Below are positions 48,070 to 63,153 of a stretch of 64,000 bases of DNA, in pieces; position 1 is the first letter of the stretch, and each line of letters starts with the position of its first letter. Source of the stretch: the human T2T-CHM13v2.0 reference genome, Homo sapiens; the NCBI RefSeq assembly GCF_009914755.1, contig NC_060937.1. One strand, 5' to 3'. Both the position numbers and the translations under genes were made by a program. The notes under the pieces are model-generated. The model worked only from the letters and a program-made list of their open reading frames with translations, had not been told where the DNA came from and did not search any database.

Positions 48070-49076
48070 CATTTGAACAATTTTTTGTCTAATTCAAAGC
48101 TTATTTAAAGGTCATGTATAAAACAAGGTAAAAGGAACCAGGAAATAAGAGAGATGTAAAGAAAGTTATAAAAATAATGAGGGTTTTTTTTGGTAAGAAA
48201 CTTAAAGAGAAATAATTTCATATGAGAAAGAATCTTGTATGATAAATTTAGTCCTAGGGTAAAATGACTGGTTGTTTAAGAAGGAGGGATGTTCAGGACA
48301 AACCAGAAAGTCCAAGCATATGATGAACCATCTGTGTAAGTCACAATAAGAGGATTTATTTTTTTAAAAACCAAAAACTTTTATATGGTCAAGTTGTCGC
48401 ATTATTATTAAGTTTTGGTTTGCTTAGGAAAAAACTGAGATTTAAAATTTTTTTAAATTCAGGTTATTACATCCGTGTATCTCTCTGTATGCACTTTTAA
48501 AGTACTTGTGACATTGAGTTACAGGGCTTTGACTCCTGGGTCTAAAAAGGACATCAAGTACTGCTAAATTTTAAATGCTGACAGTAATTGAAGACCCATC
48601 TTCAGGTCCAGTAGAAGATGCCAATCAAAATAAACTGCATACAGGGCCAAAACTTAAAGCTATTCAACTCCTCAAGGCCCAGGGACTATTGCGGAAGAGG
48701 TGGACGAGTGAGATTGTATGGGCCAATTTTGAGAGATAAAATATGTTCAATTTCTCTATAAATTAATCATTAATGTTAAAGGCACACTGATGCAAGACCA
48801 GCATATGGGCCCCTGTGTCAGATTAACAAGGTTTTTATGAAGCATTCACCAACTCCTTAATACAGGCCACCACACAGGCCAGTTTCTATTTTTTACTAAT
48901 AAAAACATTATACTGATAAGCATACTTGGAGCTAAATTTTTTCATATATTCTAAATGTTTCCCTAGGACTGATTCTGAGAAGTATAATTGTTCTTTCAAA
49001 TTGCATATTCTTAAGGCTTTTAAAAAATACGTAATGCCAAACTGTCCTACAGAAAGGCTATTAGACACTTGTCACA

Positions 49077-49392
49077 GGCCAGGTGTTGTGGCTCACGCCT
49101 GTAATCCTAGCACTTCAGGAGGTGGAGGCAGGTGGATCGCTTGAACTCAGTAGTTCAAGACCAGCTGGCCAACATGGTGAAACTCCATCTCTACAAAAAA
49201 TACAAAAAAGTTAGTTGAGCATGGTGGGATACACCTGTAGTCCCACCTACTTGAGGGGCTGAGGCAGGAGGATCGCTTGAACCTGGGAGGTCAAGGTTCT
49301 CAGTGAGCTGAGATCGCATCACTGCACTCCAGCCTGGGTGACCAAGTGAGAGTCTATCTCAAAACAAACACAACAAACAAACAAACAAAAAA
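49077..49392 (+). mobile_element. AluJb-like within L1ME fragments
   Basis: Dimer with (CAAA)n tail. Confidence 0.88.
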
Positions 49393-49732
49393 CCACTCAT
49401 CATCAGGGTGTGAAATAAGTTGGGTATTATCACTGCTTCCTTAGTAGCTTTAAAAAAAGTATTTTTTTCGTTTTCTTAAAAAATATGCAATTACGTTAAT
49501 ACAATAAGGCTGAATATTTATTTAAATGCTTTTTGCCATTTATATGTCTTTTTTTGTGTGTAAATTATCTCTTCATGTCCTTTGTGCATTTTTATATAGG
49601 GACAGTTCATCTGTTTCTTACTGTTGTGTAATAACTTAATTTTATTGCAAGTGTTTTCCTCCCAGAGTTTTATTTCAATGCATCTAAATTGTGTGGGCCC
49701 CTTTTGAGTCTTTGCTATAAACCTTATAAACC

Positions 49733-50208
<476 letters not shown>

Positions 50209-51057
50209 GCTAGAGGCCACAACTATAGTGGAGTGTGGCTGAATTGGGTATTAGGTTTTAAAATCAGCACATTTGGCAAAAATACTGAAGGCCAAAACTG
50301 CCCTTAAACGTTCTTTAAGTAGCTTTCAACATTCAGCTTGGAGTTTCGCCTTCCATTCTATATGGTAATTCTCATGCACAATAAAGTTAAGAACCTCTCA
50401 GGGAATAAAAGGTCATTCAAACCATCTCACTCTTGTGACCACAGGTATGAGGAGGAAAAACTTGGGGAAGTCAACATGTTCCTGCTCGCCTACAGGCTTT
50501 ATTATGTTTTATATCAGCTGTCTAAAATGTTTAAACAAGTATTTATTGGTAGTTTTGCTGGTTAAACAAGATAAAATAGTAAAGTTCCTCTCACATGGGC
50601 ATAATGTTCTCAAGTCAGCTCTCAAGAAAAACATGACCACAGTGTGACTCCGTTGAGTTATTTTTATACAGTTATCCTTCAATCCATGCTCCCCCAAATC
50701 CCTTAGTCTAAATTTTACTTTCAACAAACATCCTACCCTCAAATTACTTCTAGATATTTTTCTTTTGGTAAAAATTGTGTATTTTGGATCATTCAGTAGC
50801 TACTTGAGAGCAATGGTGGTGAAGGCCTCATATCTCTCCTGGTGCAATAGTATCCTGTTCTGGGCCCATTGTTTCTTTTTATGGATGCTTTTCTAAAAAG
50901 TTTGCCCAACATTTTATTTCAGCAAAATATACCTGCTCATACGCAGAAGTTTCAAAGCAATCATTAGCCAGGAGTCCAAAACAAAATGTACAGAATGATG
51001 TATTCATTTCTCTTGAGCACTGTTCATAAATGACATTTAAATCTTATTTATTTCTAG

Positions 51058-51409
<352 letters not shown>

Positions 51410-51814
51410 ACCAAAGTTCATTTTAATAGGATTTGGACTGTAAAAAAGACACTGTCAGATTGTCTACATTTCATTCAATATATTTATATCTATATCTACA
51501 GTTACATATATAGTCAATATATTTATATTAATACATGCATTTAAATGTTCACTTAGACTTTTATCTTACATGTTAGATATATTGCTTTTGCTGGTTAATG
51601 TTATCTAAGCACACTGACTTTATATGTCTGGTATAAAAGAATCACCTGGCTCTATTCACACTGCTATGGTCTCTGGGAAATCTTGTTCACTTTTGAATAG
51701 ATTGGCAGGACAAGGAGAAACTTAAACATTCACAAATACATATGCATAAATACACATTCCTATATACATACACATATATGCATATAGATATGTGAAACAT
51801 ATATATATATATAT

Positions 51815-52950
51815 TTGAAGTTTGTATTTATCATGAAAAAATTCAAATGCACAAAAGTAGAGGGAATGGTAAAATCAACTTCCATGTACCCAATACTCAA
51901 TTTCAGTGATTATCAACTTTTTCACAATAATTATATCTATTTTAGTAAATTCTTTTGCAGTGTAACATACATACAGAAGAATATACAGATCATAAGTGTA
52001 TAGTTTGATGAATTATCACAAAGTGACCACATCCAGATAACCACTACCCAGATGAAGGTAGTGGTTTAGGTAAAGGTAAAGGTAAACTTTACCAGCACTG
52101 CAGAAGCCCCAGGCTCTCCTACTCACTACATCCTTGTAATTCGCACAAGGAAACCACCTTCTTGACTTCTAACATTCCAGATTTGTTTTGCCTGTTTTTG
52201 AATTTTATATAAATGGAATCATGCAAGTGTTTAACTTCTTTTGCTTAACATCATATTTGTGAGATGGATATATGCTGTTGTGCTTAATAGTAATTTTACG
52301 AAACTACGCTACAAATTCTTTATCCTTTCTACTATAGATGGACATTTCAGTTCTGTTTTGGTGAACATATATTTTAGTGAATATATGTAGGCATTTAGAG
52401 CTAGGAGTGGAATTTCTGGGTTACAGAATAGGTGTGCCAAACAATTTTCCACAAATTTACACTCTCATCAGCCGTGTGTAAGCATTCTAGTTGTTCTACA
52501 TCCTTATCAACACTTGGAATTGTCAGTCTTTCAAATTTTAGCTATTTTAATGCTTGTGTTGCTGCATCTCATTGAGGCTTCAATTCGTAGTTTCTTGATG
52601 AGTAATAAGATTGAACATGTTTTCATTTTTGTTGACCATTGGCTATCTGTAGAAGAAGAATATTTGCTGGCTGGATTCAAGTAGCTGTTCTCCTCTGGAT
52701 TATCATTGTTGTTTTAATAACTTCATTGGGCTATAATTTACATACCATGCAATTCATTCATTTTAAGTGTTCAATGATTTTTAGTAAATTTACCAAGCTG
52801 TGTGGTCATCACAATAATAGTTTTTAGAACATTTCTATCACCCCAATAAGACCACTCATGCCCTTTAACATTTAATTCCCCTTTCCACACCCACCTTCAG
52901 GAAACCATTCATCTACTTTCTCACTCTATACATTTGTCTTTTCTGACTCT
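51815..52950 (-). mobile_element. Old L1M fragments
   Basis: tttatataaatggaatcatgc...aggagtggaatttctggg...tttagtaaatttacc... Confidence 0.75.
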
Positions 52951-53125
52951 TCCAGGGCTTTATTTCATTTTTATTAATTAACAAATTAGTAATGTTACTT
53001 ATCCATCAGTTTCTGTGTCTGTGGCTAATACAAATTCACCCTTGAGAGATAGGTCTATTTTTAGTGTCCTGACAAGTAAGCTGTCTCCAGCTCTTGAATT
53101 GTCCTGGATTCTCCTGGATTCTGCA

Positions 53126-53692
53126 GTGTCAATGCTCTTCAGCTAAAGACCACCAGGAACACAACTATAGTTGGGTTTATTTCCTTGTTGCAGCAAGGGA
53201 GAACTCACACTATGAGGAACGATGGGACATCTCAGTAAGAGGGGATTGGAAAGAAATTTATAAGAATTGAGCTTGTGTTTTGTGGTTTGGGGAGCGTTTT
53301 AAAGAGGTGGAGCTTTGCTCTGGATCAAATGCTGTCAGGAAGCAGGGGGTAATTCTTAAAATTAGATATCTAATAACTCTTATCTAGAAGGAGGGCAGAC
53401 TAGTCTGAGGCTTAAGTTGTGATTGCTAAAGAGGCAGCAGTCACTACTCTTAGGCAAGACAGAGGATGTTTGGTTATTTTGTGGTTTGGACCACATTCGG
53501 GTTGTAGTGGATTGTTGAGACATGATTACAGAGGGTTACAGTGTTTTCGTCTTGCTACATCAACATCACAACACGGCGTTGTCTAATGTTCATGTTCTGT
53601 GAAATTGCTTATATTTGACAGGAGAATGCCAAGTCCTATCTGTAAGAACCAGGCCAACTCCTCATGTCAGTGACTGCTTTTCTCTTTCTCTT
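53126..53692 (-). mobile_element. Old ERV1 solo LTR (MER90-like)
   Basis: Minus strand reads gagaaagagaaaagcagtcactgacatgaggagttggcctgg...aataaacc...gtggtctttagctga. Confidence 0.55.
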
Positions 53693-54367
53693 TTTCACCA
53701 AGATAATGGCATCCAGTGGGTACCTTGTCTAGACAACCTCCAGCCACTCACTCCTCTGTACTATATAATTTTGCCCTTTTTTTTGACATTTCTAGAGAAA
53801 TACTAGATTACCGGGTAAACTCTAACATTCAACCTCAAATTGAGACATTGTTTATAGATTGATAAATGGTATGCATTTTATCTTATAAGTGAAGCAATGA
53901 ACCACAATATTAGCACTTTGTTTGCTTTCTTTCATGACTCTAGGAATCTTTTGATAAAGCAATATTTGCAATTCATATAGCTAACAAAGTGTTTCTATGC
54001 AGAATATAAAAACTCTTATAAAAGTGTTTAAAGATTATTAAGTTAAAAAATGCATACGAGACAAGAAAAAAGCAGAAAGTTGGTTTGTGGGCATAAATTT
54101 GGAAGAAGTAAAATTAGTTTTATGATTAGAATATATCCATCTATGTCACAGAGCTACACTCTTGTCTTTCCTGAGTGATACTTTAGTATTTGCCTCTGTG
54201 GCTTTCATTTTTCCAGGTTCTGCTGGCCAAAAGAATCCCCCTTCTGGTTGCAACTTCTATGTTAGCTTATAAATAGCTTGTATGTTAGCTAAGTTATGTC
54301 CTGAGAACCATTATTTATCCTAAAGCTTAACGTTTTTCATACCTCGGCTCCAATCTACCATGAGTTG

Positions 54368-54683
54368 CATTTATTTAATTATTTTATTTTATTTATTTTT
54401 GAGTTGGAGTCTTGCTCTGATGCCCGGGCTGAAGTGCAGTGGAGTGATCTTGGCTTACTGCAACCTCTGCCTCCTGGGTTCAAGCAATTCTCCAGTCTCA
54501 GCCTCCTGAGTAGCTGGGATTACACATGTGTGCCACCATGCCCAGCTAATTTTTGTATTTTTAGTAGAGACAGGGTTTCTCCATGTTGGCCAGGCTGGTC
54601 TTGAACTCCTGACCTCAGGTGATCCACCCGCCTCGGCCTCCCAAAGTGCTAGGATTACAGGTGTGAGCCACTGTATCCGGCCG
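54368..54683 (-). mobile_element. AluSx-like
   Basis: TSD agttgcattta. Confidence 0.92.
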
Positions 54684-54744
54684 CTAGTTGCATTTATAAG
54701 CCTACTGTTCAGGATAAGTTTTATGTCCAAGCTATAGTATTTAG

Positions 54745-55625
<881 letters not shown>

Positions 55626-55755
55626 GGGGTGATCGATAACTCACATTTTATCTATTGGGCTATCACAGTTTTATGTCAAAAAATGAAGGACAATGAGGTG
55701 ATCTTTTTCTTCTAGAAAATCTTCAAAGCCCATTCATTTACAGGGATACAACTAG

Positions 55756-56466
55756 TGTTACTGGTAGAGGGTCTTGACTGCAAGTTGTCCAGGTTCTTGG
55801 CGTTTTGAACAAAGAATTGGACAAAATACACAGCAAAGCAAGGAAAGAATGAAGCAACAAAAGCAGAGATTTATTCAAAGTGAAATTACACTCCACCATG
55901 TGAGAGTGGGCAGAGCAGCAGCTCAAGGGCCCCAGATACAGAATCTTCTCAGGTCCAAATACCCTCTTGAGGTTTTCCATTGGCCACTTGGTGTTCACCT
56001 CACGTAAAGGAAGTGGTGGCCCACAATCAGTCTGATTGGTTGTGGAAAGCAACCAATCAGAAGCTGAAGTGAAGTTACAAAGGTCACACGCCTATGCAAA
56101 CATCTGATTGGTTGCAGAAAGCAACCAATCAGAGGCTAAGATGAAGTTACAAAGTTGCACTTCTATGCAAACGAAGACTTGGCCTGCAGAATTTCCAGAC
56201 TGCAGCAACCAATCAGAGACTGAAGTGAAATTACAAAGTTACACTCCAATGCAAACATCTGATTGGTTGCAGAAAACAATCAATCAGAGGTACTTTCAAT
56301 TTCCCATATGCCACACAGAAAAGGTGGGGGTTTGCAAAGGGAGTAGCCTCTGGTCCTTTTGTTACTTAGGCATGGAAAATTAGGGTTTTCCTTTCAATTT
56401 AGTTCTAAGAAGTCAGTGTGAAACGGCCTTAGGTTCCCTGCCTCCAGACCCTATTCTCCTGCCTCA
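55756..56466 (-). mobile_element. 3' LTR (MER51-like) of a class-I ERV
   Basis: Minus strand TGAGGCAGGAGAATAGGGTCTGG...CCAGTAACA; polypurine tract gaggggaga immediately upstream. Confidence 0.85.
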
Positions 56467-56639
56467 TCTCCCCTCTGAGAAACGTGATCCCCATAAGTCT
56501 TTATGTGAGACAGAGGGACTGATGGTTTTTCTTCCGTAACTTCTTTATGCTGACTTGGGGCATAATCACTACCGGTTGGAGATCACGGAACTCTCACCCT
56601 ACTCTGTCTAGTGGAGACCGGGTGACTTCTTGATGGCCA

Positions 56640-56953
56640 GGGGTGGTGTCTTCACCTGGAACTGGCTGGAAACCCTGTCACATGATCATCTGAAGCTTGA
56701 TGGTCTCTGTGCAACAGGAAATGAATTTGGTTAAAAGATTTAATGGGAACTTTGGGGGTGGATACCTATGCCGTCAGGAATGTTTGTTATAGAAATGTAT
56801 TAAAACATTCTGCTTAATTACTACAAAGGAAGTGATTCCATCCATTTGGAAGAAGGCAATGAAACTGCAAAAATAAAACATTTTTAAAAATGGCACTATT
56901 ATCCAGCCTATAGTAACTATGCAACAAAGACACCAAGGAAAATTGGTAGGCAT
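56640..56953 (-). pseudogene. env: ERV env remnant (N-terminus plus TM cytoplasmic tail only)
   Basis: Hydrophobic MPTNFPWCLCCIVTIGWII... right after the pol stop; LNLLTKFISCCTETIKLQM at about 56743-56687. Confidence 0.6.
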
Positions 56954-59900
56954 TTACTTTTCTTTTGACTGTCTTCTAAACAGGTACTTCATGAAGTCTT
57001 CCACAGGTTCACAGGTGTAGAGGCAGATGGCAACTTCGGGTTCCTGGTCCAGGGCTTCTGGTATCACTCTCTTGATCCTTGAAAGATGTATCCAGCTATC
57101 TAATCCTAGTACTTTCACTGCAGAAGGCATGGCCAGTGCCACTGAAAACAGTCCCTTCCGTTTGGGTTGTAATTGTTGAGCAGGTGATCCCTCTTTCCAT
57201 GTTTTAAGAAGTACCTTATTTCCTGACCTGATTTTAAGTTGCTGATTGTTCCCAGTGTGGGGAGACTTTGCATTCCAAACTTTTGTAAAGCCTGTTGAAA
57301 CTGTCCTAGATTGACTAGGTATTTTACTAAACCAACTGTTTCTGGATCAGTAATTAAATCATTAGTTAAGAATGGCCTTCCACATAATATTTCATATGGG
57401 TTTATATTAATTTTTGCTGTAGGGGTATTATGGGTCCTTAAGAGGGCTATGGGCAGTAAGCTGACCCAAGTTTCTGATGTTTCCTTACATAGCTTAGCTA
57501 ACACTCGTTTTAAAGTTTGGTTAGCCCTTTCTACTTTCCCCAAGGATCGAGGCCTTCATGCTGAATGTAGATAGTACTTGATTCCAGGAGACTTAGCAAC
57601 CCCTTGAGTTAGCTGGGAGATAAAGGACGGGCCATTATCAATTTGGAGGCTCTGAGGTAACCCAAACCCGGGGATTATTTCTTTTAAGAGAACCTTTATA
57701 GCCTCATTAACCTTCTCTGTTCTGGTAGGATAAACTTCGACCCAACCAGTAAAGATATCTATTAGTACTAACAAAAACTCATGTCCTCTGCAAGCTGGCA
57801 TATGGGTGAAGTCTAATTGCCAGTCTCCCCCTGGATAAGTTCCTCTCCTCTGCACTGGTTCTATTAGAGGAGGCATGTTGTTTCCTAGGTTGTTAAGTGC
57901 ACACAGGGAGCAGGCCTAGCAAACCTGCTTAGCCACTGAAGCTAAGTTAGACCCAGTAAAGAGCTGGTTTAAATGGCCAGAGTTGCATCCCTCCCCACAT
58001 GGAAAGAGGCATGCACGGCTTTTATAACTTTCCACTGGGCTGTCTGAGGGAGATATGTTTTTGACCCCATATGCCACCAGGATCCTTTTTTTGTGTCCCC
58101 CTTGTTCCTCTATTAACTGTTCTTTCTGTACTGTGTACTCAGGTTCTGTTGGGAAATCATAGAAAGGAAGTAGGGCTAGGGTCTGTTGGGATGGCACCCT
58201 GAGGGATGCGGCTTTGGTTCTTTATCAGCCTTTCTGTTCCCTTGTGCTATAGGGGTTAAGTCCCTTTGATACCCCAACAATTAATTAGAGCTACGGCCTT
58301 TGGCAAGTGTATTGCTTCCAATAGCTGAAGAATTTCAGGCCCAGGCTTTATAGAGGACTGTTTTCTAGTTAGAAATCCCTTTTCTTTCCAGACTGTAGCA
58401 TGAACATGAACCACAAGGAATGCATATTTAGAATCGATATAGATGTTAAGCTTTTTTCCTTGTACCAACATTAATGCTCAAGTAAGAGCAATGATTTCAG
58501 CCTTTTGTGCTGATGTGCCAAGGAGCAGTGGCTGGGCTTCGATAATTACTACTGCATATCCAGCTCAGTGCTGTGTCAAACCCCATTTGACACAAAACTA
58601 CTGCCATCTGTGAACCACTCATCCTCAGAATCTGGGAGAGGCTTGTCTTTTAAAGCAGGCTGGCTAACATTGTGTATGTGCAATGACCTGCTTGCAGGAA
58701 TGATCAGTTATTGGGCCTGTGGGCAGCACTGAAGCTGGATTCAAAGTGTTGCAGGTTTTAAGGGTTACATCTGGATTGTCTAGGAACATGGCCTGGTATT
58801 TGGTTCATCTTTCCCCTGTCATCCAGATGTGTCCCTTTATCTCTAAGACAGACTTAACCTGATGAGGGGGTGAGAACTTCCAGTGGTTGGCTCAGAGCGA
58901 TTTCAGTGGCTTCCTCCACTAACATAGCAGTGGCTGCTGTTGGCCGCAGGCAACTTGGTCACCTCGAGGCCACTCCATCCAACTTCTTTGGAAAGTCAGT
59001 GGTTAGTCTGGGTTCTGATCCTAATGTCTGGGCTAGTACACCCACAGCTATGCCCTTCTTCTCTGCTACGTACAAAGAGAAGGGCTTAGGTAGGTCTGGG
59101 ATGCCAAGAGCGAGAGCCTGTTTTAACTTGGCAAAGGCTTTTCTCAATTCTGGGGTTCATTCCTTTAGCTCGTCTTCAGGCCCCTTTGTTGCTTCATATA
59201 GGGGCTTTGCTATGAGTCTGAAATTTGGTACCCATATTCTGCAAAACCTGGCCATTCCCAAAAAAGAACAAAGCTGCTACTAGGTGTGGCAGGTGGGGGG
59301 GTTGGGGAGGGGGCAGGGGGCAAACCACCTATGGCTTGCTCTCGTTCTGGGGATATTTGTCAGGCTCTGGGTGTTAAGACATACCCTAAATATTGCACCC
59401 ATTGGAGGATAATCTGTGCCTTCTTGTCGGACACTTTGTATCCCCTGTCTGCCAGGAAATTCAAAGTTTTTATAGTAGTTTGGTCAGAAACCTCCTGGGT
59501 TTGGGCTACACACAAGAAAGTCATCCACATACTGGAGTATATTCCCATTTTTCACTTTCAGATCCTTCAGATCCCTCTCTAAGGCTCGGGCAATCCAATG
59601 GGGGCTATCCTGAATGCCCTAAGGGTGCACTGTCCAGGTATATTACTGTTTTTCCCTCATATTGATTTTCCCATTCAAAGGCAAAAAGGTATTGGGACTC
59701 TGGGGCCAGAGGGATGGAGAAGAAAGCATCTTTTAGGTCCAGGACTGAGAACCATTTTGCATCCCCTTGTACCTGAGCCATAAGGGTATATGGATCTGCC
59801 ACCAGTGGGTGGACGGGGATAACAGCCTCATTAATTATTCTCAGGTCCTATACTAACCGGTATTCTCCAGTCCTATACTAACTGGTATTCCCCCAAAGGC

Positions 59901-60140
59901 TTTAGAACAGGTATTGCAAGGGGAATTACAGGATTTTAAGAGCCCATGTAATAAGTAATACCTCAATTATGGGTGCTAGGCCTTTTCTTGCTTCCTGCTT
60001 AATTGGATATTATTTTCAATTGGGAAACTAGCTGAGGTCTTTAAAATGTATTTTGACTGGCACTGCTGTTTTAGCCTTCCCTGGTTTTCCAGTATACCAA
60101 TGCCAGCGGGTTAACCTATTTATTAATGTGGTCTGGAACA
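56954..60140 (-). pseudogene. pol: ERV pol (RT, RNase H, integrase), frameshifted
   Basis: WFSVLDLKDAFF, LQYVDD (about 59520-59540), WFTDGSSF, WQLDFTHM, IDNGPSF, GKVERANQTLK in different frames. Confidence 0.95.
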
Positions 60141-61398
60141 CTGTATTTTTGACTATCAGCAATTTCAATGGGTGATGCTTAAATTGTAGTAGTGCCTCCA
60201 TTTTAACCATAATATCTCTTCCCAACAGGGGGATTGGGCAGCTTGGTACTACTAGGAAATCCTGTTGGAAGAGTTGTTTCTCAAATTGACAAATCAAAGG
60301 AGGAGTAATGAATCTTGTTTGTTAACCCCATCAAAAAGTAGGCAAAGGATATGAACAGACACTTCTCAAAAGAAGACATTTATGCAGCCAACAAACATAT
60401 GAAAAAATGCTCATCACTTGTTGTTAGAGAAATGCAAATCAAAATCACAGTGAGATACCATCTCACACCAGTTAGAATGGTGATCATTAAAAAGTCAGGA
60501 AACAGGCTGGTGAGGCTGTGGAGAAGTAGGAACATTTTTACACTGTTGGTGGGAGTGTAAATTAGTTCAACCATTGTGGAAGACAGTGTGGTGATTCCTC
60601 AAGGATCTAGAACCAGAAATACCATTTGACCCAGCAATCCCATTACTGGATATATACCCAAAGGATTATAAATCATTCTATTATAAAGATACATGCACAT
60701 GTATGTTTACTGCAACACTATTTACCATGGCAAAGACTTGGAACCAACCCAAATGCCCATCAGTGATAGACGGGATAAAGAAAATATGGCACATATACAC
60801 CATGGAATACTACGCAACCATAAAAAAGAATGAGTTCATGTCCTTTGCAGGAACATGGATGAAGCTGGAAACCATCATTCTCAGCAAACTAACACAGGAA
60901 CAGAAAACCAAACACCGCATGTTCTCACTAATAAGTGGGAGGTGAACAATGAGAACACATGGACACAGGGAGGGGAACATCACACACCAAGGCCTGTTGG
61001 GGGGTTGGGGGCAAGGGGAGGAAGAGCATTAGGACAAATACCTAATCCATGTGGGACTTAAAACCTAGATGATGGGTCGATAGGTGCAGCAAACCACCAT
61101 GGCACATGTATACCTATGTAACAAACCTGCACATTCTGCATATGTATCCCAGAACTTAAAGTAAAATAAAATAAAATAAAATAAAATAAAAACTCGTTTG
61201 TGGCTTCCATTCTATTCCCATAACACTTGTGGACTGGGAGGAACGCCTTACTGCATAAGCAGTAAGAACAGAGTAATTTGCTCCTGCATCAAAAAGAAAC
61301 TGAATTTGGGTGCCCATGACGTCCAGAGTTACCTGGGGCTCCTCAGTAGTAATTACAATGTTCCTGAACAGGGGCAGTGAGGAAGACCTCAGGCCCCT
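60141..61398 (-). pseudogene. pro: ERV protease, split by an L1
   Basis: FLFDAGANYSVL (about 61260-61300) and CPIPLLGRD (about 60210-60245) on either side of the L1. Confidence 0.85.
60323..61189 (+). mobile_element. 5'-truncated L1PA7/8-like element
   Basis: ORF2 C-terminus (WNQPKCPS...MKLETIILSKL), L1PA 3' UTR, (TAAAA)n tail; imperfect TSD aatcttgtttgt / aaactcgtttgt. Confidence 0.93.
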
Positions 61399-62949
61399 TC
61401 AGTCTTCATCTAATTCCTCCTTTTGCACTGCTAGAGTTTTGACTGACTGAGCCCCTCAGTGGGAACATGGGCAGTCAATTCTCCAGTGCCAGGGGTCATG
61501 ACTGGTGCCCTTGCATTGACGGCAGGGGCCTGGCGGGGACTTAGCACAATCCTTTGCCCAATGTCTTCTTTTCTTGCATTTGAAGCAAGAGCCTTTGCTG
61601 GCATTATCTTTATGGCCCTTCGGGTTTCCCTTAGACACTCTTTGTACATTCAGGGCATCGTCAATGATGGCTGCCATACTTTTGGCTTGCCATTTTGTTT
61701 ACTCTGTTCCCTTTTTCCTTCCTTCAGGTCACGATTGTTATACACCATAAATGTGATATAAGTAAGCTGATTTTGATTAGTTTGTGGCCCCATCTGTAGC
61801 TTTTGGAGCTTATCTCTAATGTCTGGGGCAGATTGGCTAATGAAATGCTGTGCTATTAATATTTTGCCTTCGGGAGAGGAAGGGTCCAGATTAGTATATT
61901 TTTTAAAGTCTCCCTCCAGCCTGCCATAAAACATGGCTGGATTTTCCTCCTTGCCTTGTGTAACCTCCCTTACTTTATCATAATTTACTGCCTTTAGTTA
62001 TTCCCTTTCTCATTCCTCCAAGGAGAGCCTCAAGAAATTTAGCCCGGTTGTTCATTTCCTCAGGAGTGTTATAGTCCCAATTATGATCAATAGTGGGAAC
62101 TGTGTCTGGGCCGGGATGATTGCCCTGAGAGTTTTGGGCAAATAATTCATTGCTTGCAGGTGGGCGGCCTCAGAGATTCATTCCTTTTCTGAGGGTGTGT
62201 AACAGGTTGCTAGAATGAATTGAACATCTCTCCATGATAGATCAGAGGCTAAGGTCAAACGCTGGAACCCATCTGCAAGTTTCTTAGGATTCTCAGAATA
62301 GTTTCCTAGCTTTTCCTTATATTGTATGTATAAATTATAGAGAAGGGGGCCTGCACTAGGACTGGCCCCTTGGTTCCTGCTACTTCCCTAAGAGGTAGCA
62401 GGGCTGGAGAGAGAATTGAATATGGCATTCCTCTCCAAGTGTGAGGGGGATTTAGTAGGGTCCCTGGTGTTTGCTCCTGGGTTTTAGCCTCAGGAGCACT
62501 TGGCAAGGGGCTTTATGGGGATGGTTGCTGTTCACCCTGAGAGACAGCTAGCCCTTGTAAAAGAGGGTCATCTATAATATCTAGTTCTGCCTTAGTACTT
62601 TCCTTTGGGGGGTGGGTTCTGGGAGTTTCACAGATTGTTAGGTTTTTGATATTTTGATAAAAGCCTGTACATATGGGACTTCTGACCATCTTCCCAGCCT
62701 CTTGCAAAGTAGGTCTAATTGCAGGATGGTGTCATAATTAAGGCTACCACTGACTGCCCATTGCTGGGGGCTGGGCAGCTCATAATGGGGCCAAACAGTA
62801 TTACAGAAAAAAATTATACATTTTCCCTTTAGAGTGTCAGGGTCAAATTGATTCCAATGGTGGATGATGTAGCCAAGTGAGGAATCCGGTGGAACAGGTG
62901 TAGAATTGCCCATAGTGGAATCAGGTCGAATAGATAGAGAGTTGCCCAT
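61399..62949 (-). pseudogene. gag: ERV gag (HERV-W/ERV9/HUERS-P-like), frameshifted
   Basis: MGNS..., WNQFDP, GSLNYDTILQLDL, MHR QGKEENP, HFISQSAPDIR, CCHC knuckle [14 protein letters not shown], stop in GACTGA context. Confidence 0.92.
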
Positions 62950-63153
62950 AGTGGTCTGGAACAGAGAAGAGGACTTTGAAAAGTAGAGGGCCCATTAGGT
63001 GACCCAAACTTTACCCAGGGCATCCCCCTGAAAAAATTCTGAACCCAGACTGGGGTCCCCAGGGGCGTCCCTACTTTAGGGCCCTGATTTAGTCTGTCAG
63101 ATGTCTCTGACCTTAGATGGGGGCTGGCACTGCTTTGGGATGGTTCCCTCCAC

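Noticed and set aside
56954-62949. Possible domesticated or intact ERV genes
   Set aside because: Motifs are scattered across frames with multiple stops, frameshifts and an L1 insertion
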